Origin: Erysipelothrix sp.
GTDB lineage: Bacteria > Bacillota_I > Bacilli_A > Erysipelotrichales > Erysipelotrichaceae
Assembly: GCA_012512455.1 (NCBI GenBank)
Contig: JAAZEF010000014.1
Span: forward strand, 1 to 54,437
Direction of reading: 5' to 3'
DNA length: 54,437 nucleotides
The translations under genes and the position numbers were made by a program. Positions 25,542 through 34,563 of this stretch are shown in pieces; the first letter of the stretch is position 1, and each line of letters starts with the position of its first letter. A model generated the notes under the pieces. The model saw nothing but the letters and a program-made list of their open reading frames with translations, made no database searches and had not been told where the DNA came from.

Positions 25542-25589
25542 TTTGAGACTCAGTATCAAAATAATAACGTTTATGAAAAGTGTTGTCAA
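25542..25589 (-). promoter_or_regulatory. zur-znuACB promoter TTGACA-17-TATTAT with an adjacent 9-1-9 imperfect palindrome
   Basis: Minus strand: ttgaca (25589-25584), tattat (25566-25561), then TTTGATACT-G-AGTCTCAAA (25560-25542; 8 of 9 arm positions complementary). Confidence 0.5.
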
Positions 25590-25647
25590 CAAAAAAGTGT
25601 TATTTCGATATCAAAAGGTGATAGAATAAGCACATTAGGAGGCACAC

Positions 25648-27432
25648 ATGAAAGAACAATTAATTAAAAGAAATGATGTCCCATTAGAACAAACGTGGGA
25701 TTTAACACATATCTTCAAAGATGAAGAAGCTTTCCAAGAAGCTGTCGACCACATGACAGATCTAGCAAAGCAGTTTAAGAGTAATTACGAAGGTAAGATA
25801 TCACAAATAAATGAAACACAAGAGTTAGTCGATGTGATTGAGTCTTACCAAGAAATTATGACGTTATACATGCATACATCAGGTTATTCTTATTTAGCAA
25901 CACAAACAGATATGAGTGATAGTAAAGCACAAAATAGACTAGGTACTATCTCAATGTTAGGATCTCAGGTTATGAGTTCATTGTCGTTTTTTGAAAGTGA
26001 ACTCAATGTTTTAGATAATGATTTCTTGCAACAATGTGCAGAAAAGTCAAAATATAGAATCTTTTTAGAAGATATTATTAAACATAAAAAACATCAACTA
26101 CAACCTGAGACTGAGAAGGTACTTCAAGCACTCCAACCAGTAATGAGTTTACCTGACAATGGTTACAATATTACTAAATTAAGTGATATGAGATTCTTTG
26201 ACTTTGAAGCCAATGGCAAAAGCTATCCCTTGTCTTTTGTTCAATTTGAAAACAGTTACCAAGTTCATCCAGATACTCAAGTTAGAAGAGAAGCATTTAA
26301 GCAGTTTTCTAAAGACTTAAGAAGCTATCAAAATACGATTGCTAATTATTACAATACACAGCTTAAAAAAGAAAAGATTATGGCTAATTTAAGAGGCTTT
26401 GACAGTGTCTTTGACTATCTGTTAGAAAATCAAAATGTCTCCATAGATCTTTATCATCGTCAAATAGATGTCATCATGGAAGAGTTATCTGTCCATATGA
26501 GAAAGTATGCTAAGAAACTTCAAAACAAGTTAGGGGTAGAAACACTGTATTATTCTGATTTAAAGGCTCCTTATCTTAAAGAAGAGAATCAAACAATTAC
26601 TTATGATGAAGCACAAGAAATGGTTATCGCTGCCTTAAGTATTCTAGGTGAAGATTATACAAATGAAGTCCAACGTTCTTTTGATGAAAGATGGATAGAC
26701 TGGGCAGGTAATCTAGGTAAATCAACCGGTGGTTTCTGTATGAGCATGAAACAACAACATCCCTATATCTTGTTATCATGGAACAATGGCTTATCTGAAG
26801 TCTTTACGTTAGCTCATGAGATTGGTCATGCGATACAAAGTGTCTATACTAACAGACGATATCCCAATTTATTTGAAACAAAACAAAGCCTCTATACAAT
26901 AGAAGCACCATCGCCCTTAAATGAAATGTTATTGAGTCATTATTTATTAAAAGATGAATCACTTACCCAATGGGTTAATGCGACCATGATAGAAAACACG
27001 TACTATCACAACTTTGTAACTCACTTATTAGAAGCAGCCTTCCAAAGAGAAGTCTATAAGTGTGTCGATTTAGGCATGGATTTACAGGCTGATGATTTTA
27101 ATCGTCTCTTCAATGAACAACTGACTAAGTTTTGGGGTGACAGTGTTGACCTCGATGAAGGGGCAGAGCTCACCTGGATGAGACAACCTCACTACTATAT
27201 GGGACTTTATTCCTATACCTATTCAGCAGGGCTCACCATATCTACTGTAATGGCACAGCGAATTATAAATGAAGGACAAGTTGCGGTCGATAAGTGGCTC
27301 AATGCCTTAAGTGAAACAGAGTCACAAAAACCTCTCGATTTCGCTAAGTTAGTCGATATCGATTTAAGTACAGAGAAACCACTTCAAGAAACAGTCGCCT
27401 TTATTGGATCATTAATTGATAGTTTAGAGTAA
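25648..27432 (+). CDS. pepF: Oligoendopeptidase F (M3B metallopeptidase)
   Basis: 594 aa. HEIGHAIQ zinc motif. Length and N-terminal region typical of PepF. Confidence 0.85.
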   Translation: MKEQLIKRNDVPLEQTWDLTHIFKDEEAFQEAVDHMTDLAKQFKSNYEGKISQINETQELVDVIESYQEIMTLYMHTSGYSYLATQTDMSDSKAQNRLGTISMLGSQVMSSLSFFESELNVLDNDFLQQCAEKSKYRIFLEDIIKHKKHQLQPETEKVLQALQPVMSLPDNGYNITKLSDMRFFDFEANGKSYPLSFVQFENSYQVHPDTQVRREAFKQFSKDLRSYQNTIANYYNTQLKKEKIMANLRGFDSVFDYLLENQNVSIDLYHRQIDVIMEELSVHMRKYAKKLQNKLGVETLYYSDLKAPYLKEENQTITYDEAQEMVIAALSILGEDYTNEVQRSFDERWIDWAGNLGKSTGGFCMSMKQQHPYILLSWNNGLSEVFTLAHEIGHAIQSVYTNRRYPNLFETKQSLYTIEAPSPLNEMLLSHYLLKDESLTQWVNATMIENTYYHNFVTHLLEAAFQREVYKCVDLGMDLQADDFNRLFNEQLTKFWGDSVDLDEGAELTWMRQPHYYMGLYSYTYSAGLTISTVMAQRIINEGQVAVDKWLNALSETESQKPLDFAKLVDIDLSTEKPLQETVAFIGSLIDSLE

Positions 27433-27433
27433 T

Positions 27434-27460
27434 AAAAAATCCCTTGATTAGGGATTTTTT
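27434..27460. terminator. Bidirectional terminator between pepF and the convergent lipoprotein gene
   Basis: aaaaa-atccct-tgatt-agggat-ttttt. Confidence 0.8.
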
Positions 27461-27461
27461 A

Positions 27462-28751
27462 TTACTCATTGTTATTAGCTTCAGGATCGATAACCTCTAA
27501 CTCATTAACAAAGGTAATCGATAGTTTACTGGCACCAGTAGGAACACTTACTTCTTTGATTTCTTCACTTAAGCCATATCCTTCTGGGGCACTAATTTGT
27601 CTTAGATAGAATGTTTCTTGGGTCAAGTTATTAAAACGAGCATTGACACCTTCTTCTGATACTGTAGACTTCACTACATTGGTACTAAAATCAATGTCAT
27701 CGGCTATTTCATACTGTGCTCCATAGAGGATGATATTACTATCTTCTTGGGCAATATTAGTAATGGATAAAGAGACACCTACTAAGTTGTCATCCATTTC
27801 AAAATGAAACTTAGTTGCTAAGGTAGCCAAGCGTGAATTACCAAAGGTGATAAAACGCTGGTTATCAATATTATGATATATCGTGCTATCATGGCTCTCA
27901 AAACGATCGTGGCGAACAAAACTAAGTGCCAAGTCATCTGTATAGTCTAATAGTTGAACCTCGATGTCATAGTTATCAATATTCAATATCTCTAAACCTT
28001 TTGGTGGAAACACATTAAATAAATGTAACTTTTGATTTTGATCACTTAGGTCATAGATAGTCTGATTGTCCACATCACTTTGATTAATGGTAATGACCGA
28101 TCCTCCAAATTGTGGAATAGTTTGATAGGTAGTATTCACTAGCGCTAAGATAGCTTCTTTATAAGAAGATAGATTTGTTTTGAAAGAAGCTTCATAAGGA
28201 TTACCATCTTCATCACTAAAGGATTCCCAAATAAGTTCTTGAGCCGCAAGATACCAATTGATGTCATTGTCTAGATTGTGGTTGTTATCGAAATCACCAT
28301 GGAAAACGACATAGTCTTCCTGTGTTAATTCTTCTTGTGTTTCTAGTTTAGAAAGACCACTTTCACTTAGTTCATAATAACCATAGCCATAGTAAGCAAT
28401 CCAGAATAGACGATCTTTTATGGCAGTATCTAATTCATCTACCGCATAGAAATTATGAGCTTCTAAAATTGTAGGTTCAGAGTTTTCAAAATCAAATGTT
28501 GGATCGATAGAATAAGCAGGAATAGCGTTTCCTGTAGGTTCATTGTCATCATTTAAGGTAGTGATTTCTGGAAGACGATAAGTAAATTCTAATACTTCTT
28601 GTTCTTCATCTTCATCATCATTAGGTAAGGTATACTGAGCAGTGATAGTATCGCTAAGTGTCACTTGAGCATCGCTTTCAATTGTTTCGCCTTGTTGTTG
28701 ACATGAAACTAAAAGTAAAAACAACAACAGGACAAGGATAAGTTTTTTCAT
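27462..28751 (-). CDS. Lipoprotein with C-terminal SpaA/Cna-B-like prealbumin-fold domain
   Basis: Lipobox LLVSC. C-terminal LYGAQYEI...EEGVNARFNNLTQETFYLRQISAPEGYGL matches the G-x-Y-x-L-x-E-x-x-AP-x-GY pattern. No LPXTG motif. Confidence 0.6.
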   Translation of the reverse strand: MKKLILVLLLFLLLVSCQQQGETIESDAQVTLSDTITAQYTLPNDDEDEEQEVLEFTYRLPEITTLNDDNEPTGNAIPAYSIDPTFDFENSEPTILEAHNFYAVDELDTAIKDRLFWIAYYGYGYYELSESGLSKLETQEELTQEDYVVFHGDFDNNHNLDNDINWYLAAQELIWESFSDEDGNPYEASFKTNLSSYKEAILALVNTTYQTIPQFGGSVITINQSDVDNQTIYDLSDQNQKLHLFNVFPPKGLEILNIDNYDIEVQLLDYTDDLALSFVRHDRFESHDSTIYHNIDNQRFITFGNSRLATLATKFHFEMDDNLVGVSLSITNIAQEDSNIILYGAQYEIADDIDFSTNVVKSTVSEEGVNARFNNLTQETFYLRQISAPEGYGLSEEIKEVSVPTGASKLSITFVNELEVIDPEANNNE

Positions 28752-28853
28752 AAGACCTCCAAATATTGCACAGACAGTTTAACACAAAAAGAGTTCAAGA
28801 AAAACTTTTTACAATGGGAAGAGTTTGTGAAAATTTGTGTGTTTTAACACGAT

Positions 28854-29014
28854 TTGGCAAAACGCCATTAAACGTTGTATACTATAGGCGACATAAGTCG
28901 ACGATTGTTTATAGTTTCAATCATAACAACTGCTGAATTATGATTGGAAGTTGTATAACGAACACATTGTGTGTTTGGAATAAAAAGTTTCTCATTCGCT
29001 CGGGGAACTTTTTT
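28854..29014 (+). ncRNA. Candidate orphan transcript or structured leader (about 125 nt) upstream of the 3D-domain gene
   Basis: TTGGCA (28854-28859), 18-nt spacer, TATACT (28878-28883). 9-bp hairpin caatcataa/ttatgattg (about 28920-28947). Terminator-like aaaagtttc-loop-ggaactttt with a T run (28983-29014). A second promoter follows. Confidence 0.3.
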
Positions 29015-29031
29015 GATTAAAAAGCATGTAT

Positions 29032-29061
29032 TTGCATTGATGTTTTAAAAGCAGTTATAAT
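29032..29061 (+). promoter_or_regulatory. Proximal promoter TTGCAT-18-TATAAT for the 3D-domain gene
   Basis: ttgcat at 29032-29037 and tataat at 29056-29061. Confidence 0.45.
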
Positions 29062-29086
29062 AGAGAATGTGGTAGAAGAGGTACTT

Positions 29087-30133
29087 ATGAAACTAATAAA
29101 GATTTCAATACTAGCGCTTATCCTATTGTTGGTCACCTCAGTATCGGTGCAACCAACTGTACAGGCTAGTGAAGAGAACGAAAAAGTGATTAGACCTACG
29201 ATTGAGAGAACACCTTCCTTACAATTAAATCAAGAGACATTGTCTGTTGAATATGGTGAAGAAGTTGTTTTAGAAGACTTAATCATCAGTGGCTATTGGG
29301 ATCAATTGATCTTACCACAATTAGATACAACCCAATTAGGAAATCACACTGTATTTTTAATTGCTAAACAAGGACTAAATGAAGTAAAAGTGTCCCTAGA
29401 TATAGAAATTGCGGACACAACACCACCTGAATTTGATGAAAAAATTAGCACACTTTCATTAGATTACAATGAAGAAGTCGATTTATTGGACTGGTTTGAA
29501 GCTTCCGACAATACTGGAGGCAAGGTCACTTTAAGTCAAAATTTAGAAATAGAAAACACCAAACCTGGGAAACAAACTATTACCGTCATTGCCCAAGATG
29601 AAAGTGGCAATGAAAATAGCCATGACGTCGTAGTGACAGTCAAAGAGAAACCTAAACCTAAGCCAAAGCCTGTTGTAGTTGTACCAAGTACATCTAACAA
29701 TAGCCTAAGTGATACCAGCTCAAACAGTAATGATCGCTTCAATGCGAAAGTTACTTATTATGGAGTCGATTGCTACGGATGCTACATGGATAGTTCAGGA
29801 CAAGGTTACACCGCATCAGGTGTCCGTGTCTCCACTACCGGTGTTTATCAAAACGGTAGTTGGGTCCCTGGCATTACATATAAAGGGTATTACATCTTTG
29901 CTGCTGGTCGTCAATATGCCTACTGTACGATAATTGATATTTACAATCATGGAATCGTTGGTCAAGGCATTTCACCAGACACCCCAATACGAGGAATCGT
30001 ACTAGATAGAGGTGGCGGAGTCTCTGGCAATCATTTCGATGTCTTTATCGGAAGCCAAAGAAGTTCTGGTGTAAGACACGTCAGAGCTAATCCTCAAGCA
30101 CAAGTTGTTGGCCATTTAGCTGGCTGTTATTAA
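29087..30133 (+). CDS. Secreted protein: Ig-like (DUF5011-like) repeats, KP-rich linker, C-terminal 3D domain (wall-lytic fold)
   Basis: Signal peptide MKLIKISILALILLLV...VQA. DESGNENSHDVVVTV Ig-like motif, (KP)4 linker, and C-terminal VTYYG...YTASG...GIVLDRGGGVSGNHFDVFIG typical of 3D domains. ATG at 29087 follows GAGG. Confidence 0.7.
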   Translation: MKLIKISILALILLLVTSVSVQPTVQASEENEKVIRPTIERTPSLQLNQETLSVEYGEEVVLEDLIISGYWDQLILPQLDTTQLGNHTVFLIAKQGLNEVKVSLDIEIADTTPPEFDEKISTLSLDYNEEVDLLDWFEASDNTGGKVTLSQNLEIENTKPGKQTITVIAQDESGNENSHDVVVTVKEKPKPKPKPVVVVPSTSNNSLSDTSSNSNDRFNAKVTYYGVDCYGCYMDSSGQGYTASGVRVSTTGVYQNGSWVPGITYKGYYIFAAGRQYAYCTIIDIYNHGIVGQGISPDTPIRGIVLDRGGGVSGNHFDVFIGSQRSSGVRHVRANPQAQVVGHLAGCY

Positions 30134-30185
30134 TCATCAAAGACTTTCTTAAGTGAGAGTCTTTTTTAAAAAGAAAAGGAGCCTT

Positions 30186-31250
30186 ATGAAACGACATATT
30201 TTAATCTCATCCCTTGGCGATGATTATGAACATTTAGAAACTATTATTGAATCAATTAAAGAAAGTTTAAACAAAGAAAATAGATTGATATTGTTTTGTC
30301 CCTCAAGCACTGAATATTATGAAGGTCAAATGGAGTGGGAACAAGGTTTTATCAAAGAGTTAGAAAAGTATGGGATATACTTTGATGATTATGTGTCATT
30401 GAAAGCAGAAGAAGATTCTTTTTATTGGCAACAAAAAGTAAAAGAAGCTTCCTTAATTTATCTACATGGAGGTAATCCTTTAATTCAAAAACAACTGTAT
30501 GAAGACAAAGGTATATATCATTTACTAAAAGACTTTGAAGGTTTGTTATTAGGAGCCAGTGCAGGTGCCATGAATATGTCTTCATTTATTACCCTCACAC
30601 CGACTAATGAGGAATATCAAGAAATGGTGATAGAAAAGGCACTTGGTTTATCTCAATATTCAATTTATCCACATTTACAAATAGAAGAAGTAATTTATCG
30701 CTATATGATGACAGGCGATGGATTAGTTGACGTGTTAGATTTAATTGAACTCTCTAAAAAGACGCCCTTAATGCTATTGGCAGATGGTCAATTTATTGTA
30801 GACGATAAGTTTATAGGTAGTCCTAAATATTATATTGAAGATGGGATAATCTATCGTGATGGACAAGAAGTATTCTGTGGTTATGAGGAGTTAGAAGAAC
30901 AGTCATTACATCAATATCAACAACAAGATTATCAAATGGTTAATTATTATGAGTCAATAGAAGATGGATTGATACAATCAATGTTCAATATAAAGTTGGG
31001 CTCACAAAATATTTATCACAGTAAAGCTAAGTTATTTGCGACAACTGAAGAAGTGATCTTGGTGGCTCAGATAAATACAGAAACAGAGAAATATTTCATG
31101 ATACAACATCCTCATCTTAAAAAAGGAATCTTAAGCTATCAAGTATTATCAGATGGTATCGTCAGAGAAGTGTTTAAGTTTAAAACGATCTTTAGTAAAA
31201 AAGTGGAAACGATGGTCATTTTAGATAAGATAAGAGAGCACAAGGATTGA
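30186..31250 (+). CDS. Peptidase S51 (dipeptidase E)-like domain fused to an uncharacterised C-terminal region of about 150 aa
   Basis: IYLHGGNP, nucleophile elbow GASAGAM, and YPHL His motif. ATG at 30186 follows AAGGAG. The ORF-track GTG at 30153 lies in the upstream terminator. Confidence 0.6.
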   Translation: MKRHILISSLGDDYEHLETIIESIKESLNKENRLILFCPSSTEYYEGQMEWEQGFIKELEKYGIYFDDYVSLKAEEDSFYWQQKVKEASLIYLHGGNPLIQKQLYEDKGIYHLLKDFEGLLLGASAGAMNMSSFITLTPTNEEYQEMVIEKALGLSQYSIYPHLQIEEVIYRYMMTGDGLVDVLDLIELSKKTPLMLLADGQFIVDDKFIGSPKYYIEDGIIYRDGQEVFCGYEELEEQSLHQYQQQDYQMVNYYESIEDGLIQSMFNIKLGSQNIYHSKAKLFATTEEVILVAQINTETEKYFMIQHPHLKKGILSYQVLSDGIVREVFKFKTIFSKKVETMVILDKIREHKD

Positions 31251-31293
31251 GTTGCTTAAGTATACTATTTATACTAAATGAGGAGGAACTCAT

Positions 31294-32325
31294 ATGAAAA
31301 AAATACAATTTGGCCTAGATACCTTTGGGGAAGTCCCCTTAGATTTACAAAGTGAACAGCCTATAAGTTATGAAGAAGCATTACGCTTAGTAGTACAAGA
31401 AGCAATACTGGCAGACCAATTAGGAATCGATGTGATCGCACTAGGTGAACATCATCGAAAAGAATATGCGATATCGGCACCCGATACTGTTTTAGCTGCC
31501 TTATCACAAGTTACAAATAATATTATTTTAGGAACAGGAGTCACAGTCTTAAGTTCAGATGATCCTGTTAGAGTCTATGAGCGTTTTGCGACAATTGATG
31601 CCTTATCACATGGTCGTGCCCAAGTCATGGTTGGACGCGGGTCATTTACGGAATCATTTCCACTGTTTGGGTATGATTTACAAGATTACAATGAACTATT
31701 TGAAGAAAAGATGGCAATGTTCAGTGAATTATTAAAGAATGAGCCCATTACATGGCAAGGTCAATTTACTCAAAGTCTAGAAAATACACAAGTATATCCT
31801 AAACTATCAAAACCTTTAGACGTCCATGTAGGAGTTGGAGGTTCACCTGAATCAATCATCCGTGCTGCTAAATATGATTTACCTATAATGTTAGCAATCA
31901 TTGGTGGTGAACACATGCGATTTAAACCCTATATGGATTTATATGAAAGAGCTACTACAGAATTTAAAACGACAAATCATCCAATAGGAATCCATTCTCA
32001 TGGGGTAATAGCTAAAACAGATCAAGAAGCCTATGACATCGCATGGAAGTATTTTTCTGTCGCATTAGATACTTTAGGAAAAGAAAGAGGCTGGGCTAAA
32101 ATGACTCCTGGTCGTTTCCAATATGAAATAGATCAAGGTGCTTATTTTGTAGGAAGTCCAGAAACAGTTGCCCAAAAGATGGCTAAGGTAATTAAAGAAA
32201 TGGATATTGGACGTTTCGATTTAATCTATGGTATGGGTGGACAACCTGCAGAGTATCGACAACAAACAATTGAGTTGTATGGTAAAGAAGTTATTCCTCG
32301 TGTGAAAGAATTATTAGATGAGTAA
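31294..32325 (+). CDS. Luciferase-like (LLM-class) flavin-dependent oxidoreductase
   Basis: 343 aa. ...IDVIALGEHH... and the overall TIM-barrel LLM pattern. GAGGAGG SD present. Confidence 0.7.
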   Translation: MKKIQFGLDTFGEVPLDLQSEQPISYEEALRLVVQEAILADQLGIDVIALGEHHRKEYAISAPDTVLAALSQVTNNIILGTGVTVLSSDDPVRVYERFATIDALSHGRAQVMVGRGSFTESFPLFGYDLQDYNELFEEKMAMFSELLKNEPITWQGQFTQSLENTQVYPKLSKPLDVHVGVGGSPESIIRAAKYDLPIMLAIIGGEHMRFKPYMDLYERATTEFKTTNHPIGIHSHGVIAKTDQEAYDIAWKYFSVALDTLGKERGWAKMTPGRFQYEIDQGAYFVGSPETVAQKMAKVIKEMDIGRFDLIYGMGGQPAEYRQQTIELYGKEVIPRVKELLDE

Positions 32326-32944
32326 AGTAAAGTTAGGTATTTTAGGAGCAGGTAAATTAGGGACCACATTAGGTCGCTTAGCTATTCAAAATGGCTACGA
32401 AGTTTTGATTGCGGGCTCTAAAGAAAAAGAGAAGATTATGTTAACAGTAGAGGTCTTAGTACCTGGAGCTATTGTGATGACAAAAGAGGAATTAGTTAAA
32501 GAATCGGATGTCATTATTTTAGCTTTGCCTCTAGGTAAAGTGAGTAGTATTCCTACTGTAGGATTAGAGAATAAGATTATTATTGATGCGATGAATTATT
32601 GGTGGGAAGTCGATGGTAAACAAAGAATTCCTCATGATCCAAATTTATCTTCTTCTGAATATGTTGCGAAGTCATTAAATAGTAATAGAGTTGTCAAAGC
32701 GTTTAATCATATGGGTTATCATGATTTAGAAATTGAAAGTCATAGTGAAACAATAAAAGCTATCGCATTGGCTGGAGATAATGATTTGGATAAAGAAATT
32801 GTCTCTAAGTTGATAGAAGATGTTGGATTTAAACCTTTAGATATTGGTTTATTGAAAGAGGGAATTAAATTAGAACCAGGGAGTGAGTTGTTTGGTGCTA
32901 ATTTGGTTGAAAAAGAATTTAATGAAATATTTAAAAATCTCTAA
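32318..32944 (+). CDS. NAD(P)-binding oxidoreductase (NADPH-dependent F420 reductase / ProC N-terminal-like)
   Basis: GILGAGKLGTTLGRLA Rossmann motif. Overlaps the LLM gene by 8 nt. Confidence 0.6.
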   Translation: MSKVKLGILGAGKLGTTLGRLAIQNGYEVLIAGSKEKEKIMLTVEVLVPGAIVMTKEELVKESDVIILALPLGKVSSIPTVGLENKIIIDAMNYWWEVDGKQRIPHDPNLSSSEYVAKSLNSNRVVKAFNHMGYHDLEIESHSETIKAIALAGDNDLDKEIVSKLIEDVGFKPLDIGLLKEGIKLEPGSELFGANLVEKEFNEIFKNL

Positions 32945-33028
32945 TTGAGATTTTTTATTTAGATGGACTATTTACTTGTGATGTTTTGTACATGGATAAA
33001 AAGCACAATAATATAAAAAAATCAAGCA

Positions 33029-33056
33029 TTGACACTCACATTCTAAATGATATAAT
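33029..33056 (+). promoter_or_regulatory. Promoter TTGACA-16-TATAAT of the glycerol operon
   Basis: ttgaca at 33029-33034 and tataat at 33051-33056. Confidence 0.6.
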
Positions 33057-33111
33057 GAAAGCGGATACAGTTTTTGGTTATAATATTTGAAGGAAAGAGG
33101 GAGATGAAGCT

Positions 33112-34563
33112 ATGATAGATGTAGTTGTCATAGGCGCCGGTATTGTTGGTGCGTCTGTGGCCAGAGAGTTAACAAAGTTTGATTTAAATGTGCTTGTTGT
33201 CGAACGTGCTAGTGACGTTTGTGAAGGAGCTACTAAAGCGAACTCAGCCATTGTACACTCCGGTGTCGATGCGAAGCCAGGCACATTAAAAGCCAAATAT
33301 AATGTACTTGGTAACAAACTTTACGATAAGGGAGAAGAAGAACTAAATATCAAATTAATGAGAAATGGTTCTTTAAATTTATGCTTTGACGATTCAAACA
33401 AAAAAGAAGTAATTGATGACTTGTATGAACAAGGCCTCAAAAATGGTGTTGAAGGAATGCGAATCGTTGAAAGAGAAGAGTTACTTCAAATGGAACCTAA
33501 TATCCAAGATAATGTAATTTGTGCATTGTACTGCCCAACTGCAGGTATTATTGACTCTTTTGAAGTTAATATTGCTTTTGCTGAAAATGCGGCACATAAT
33601 GGTGCTAAATTCAAATTTGATACAAAAGTTATTGGTTTTAACAAGAAAGAAGATGGGAATTGGATTGTTAAAACAGATAGAGGGGACATTCAGACACGTG
33701 CGGTAGTTAACTGTGCAGGTATCCAATCTGATGATCTTAATAACTTAGTTTCCGAAACTAAACGAAATATTACCGCTCGCCGTGGTGAATATTACTTATT
33801 AGACAAAAAAGAAAAAGATTTCGTTAGACATACAATTTTCCAACCACCAACAAAGGCTGGTAAAGGTGTCTTAATCGCTCCAACGGTCAGTGATAACATT
33901 ATTATTGGACCAAACGCTCATGCGGTCGATAAAGATGATACGACAACAAGTCGTGCCGGATTAGAAGAAGTAGCATTAAAGGTCGGTTTCTCAGTGAAAA
34001 ATGTACCTTTACGTTCAACTATTACTACATTCTCTGGGCTACGTGCTACAGAAGATGGCAATGATTTCATTATTGGTGAAGTTGAAGATGCTCCATTATT
34101 CTTTAATTGTGTAGGCATTGAGTCTCCTGGATTAACTTCTGCTCCTGCGATAGCAATCGATGTAGCGGATGATGTAGCTGAAAAATTAGGGGCAGCTACT
34201 AATCCAGACTTTGATCCAATTCGTCCACGTCCAATTGTCTTTATGGAATTATCTGATGAAGAAAAAGACGAATTAATTAAGAAAGATCCAACATATGGTC
34301 ATATGGTCTGTCGTTGTGAATTTATCACTGAAGGTGAAATTATTTCTGCGATGCACCGTGCACCAGTAGCGACCAACTTAGATGGTATTAAGCGTCGTAC
34401 ACGTGCAGGATCTGGACGTTGTCAAGCAGGTTTCTGTATGACTCGTCAAATTGAACTTTTACAAAAAGAACACCTCGTCTCACCATTTTCAATTTCGAAA
34501 TTTGGTAAAGATTCCACACTGTTAGTATCTAACAACAAAGATGGATTTGGGGAGGTTAATTAA
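33112..34563 (+). CDS. FAD-dependent glycerol-3-phosphate dehydrogenase/oxidase-like (GlpA-like) with BFD-like [2Fe-2S] domain
   Basis: VVVIGAGIVGASVAREL dinucleotide fold. C-terminal CRCEFITEGEI...RAGSGRCQAGFC Cys cluster. Confidence 0.75.
   Translation: MIDVVVIGAGIVGASVARELTKFDLNVLVVERASDVCEGATKANSAIVHSGVDAKPGTLKAKYNVLGNKLYDKGEEELNIKLMRNGSLNLCFDDSNKKEVIDDLYEQGLKNGVEGMRIVEREELLQMEPNIQDNVICALYCPTAGIIDSFEVNIAFAENAAHNGAKFKFDTKVIGFNKKEDGNWIVKTDRGDIQTRAVVNCAGIQSDDLNNLVSETKRNITARRGEYYLLDKKEKDFVRHTIFQPPTKAGKGVLIAPTVSDNIIIGPNAHAVDKDDTTTSRAGLEEVALKVGFSVKNVPLRSTITTFSGLRATEDGNDFIIGEVEDAPLFFNCVGIESPGLTSAPAIAIDVADDVAEKLGAATNPDFDPIRPRPIVFMELSDEEKDELIKKDPTYGHMVCRCEFITEGEIISAMHRAPVATNLDGIKRRTRAGSGRCQAGFCMTRQIELLQKEHLVSPFSISKFGKDSTLLVSNNKDGFGEVN

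Noticed and set aside
28814-28936. 40-codon ORF (MGRVCENLCVL...) in the long intergenic region.
   Set aside because: No SD upstream. It spans the predicted promoter of the candidate RNA and has no recognisable features, so it is probably a chance ORF.
28890-29014. Possible c-di-AMP (ydaO/kimA-type) riboswitch upstream of the wall-hydrolase-like 3D-domain gene, suggested by a CGGGGAAC segment.
   Set aside because: The other conserved ydaO blocks that I recall (GGGGUGAAUC, CCGAAUCC, the pseudo-two-fold architecture) are absent. One short match is not enough.
29651-29672. Tandem aaacct/aagcca repeats.
   Set aside because: They encode a (Lys-Pro)4 inter-domain linker inside a CDS. This is low-complexity coding sequence, not a regulatory or CRISPR-like repeat.
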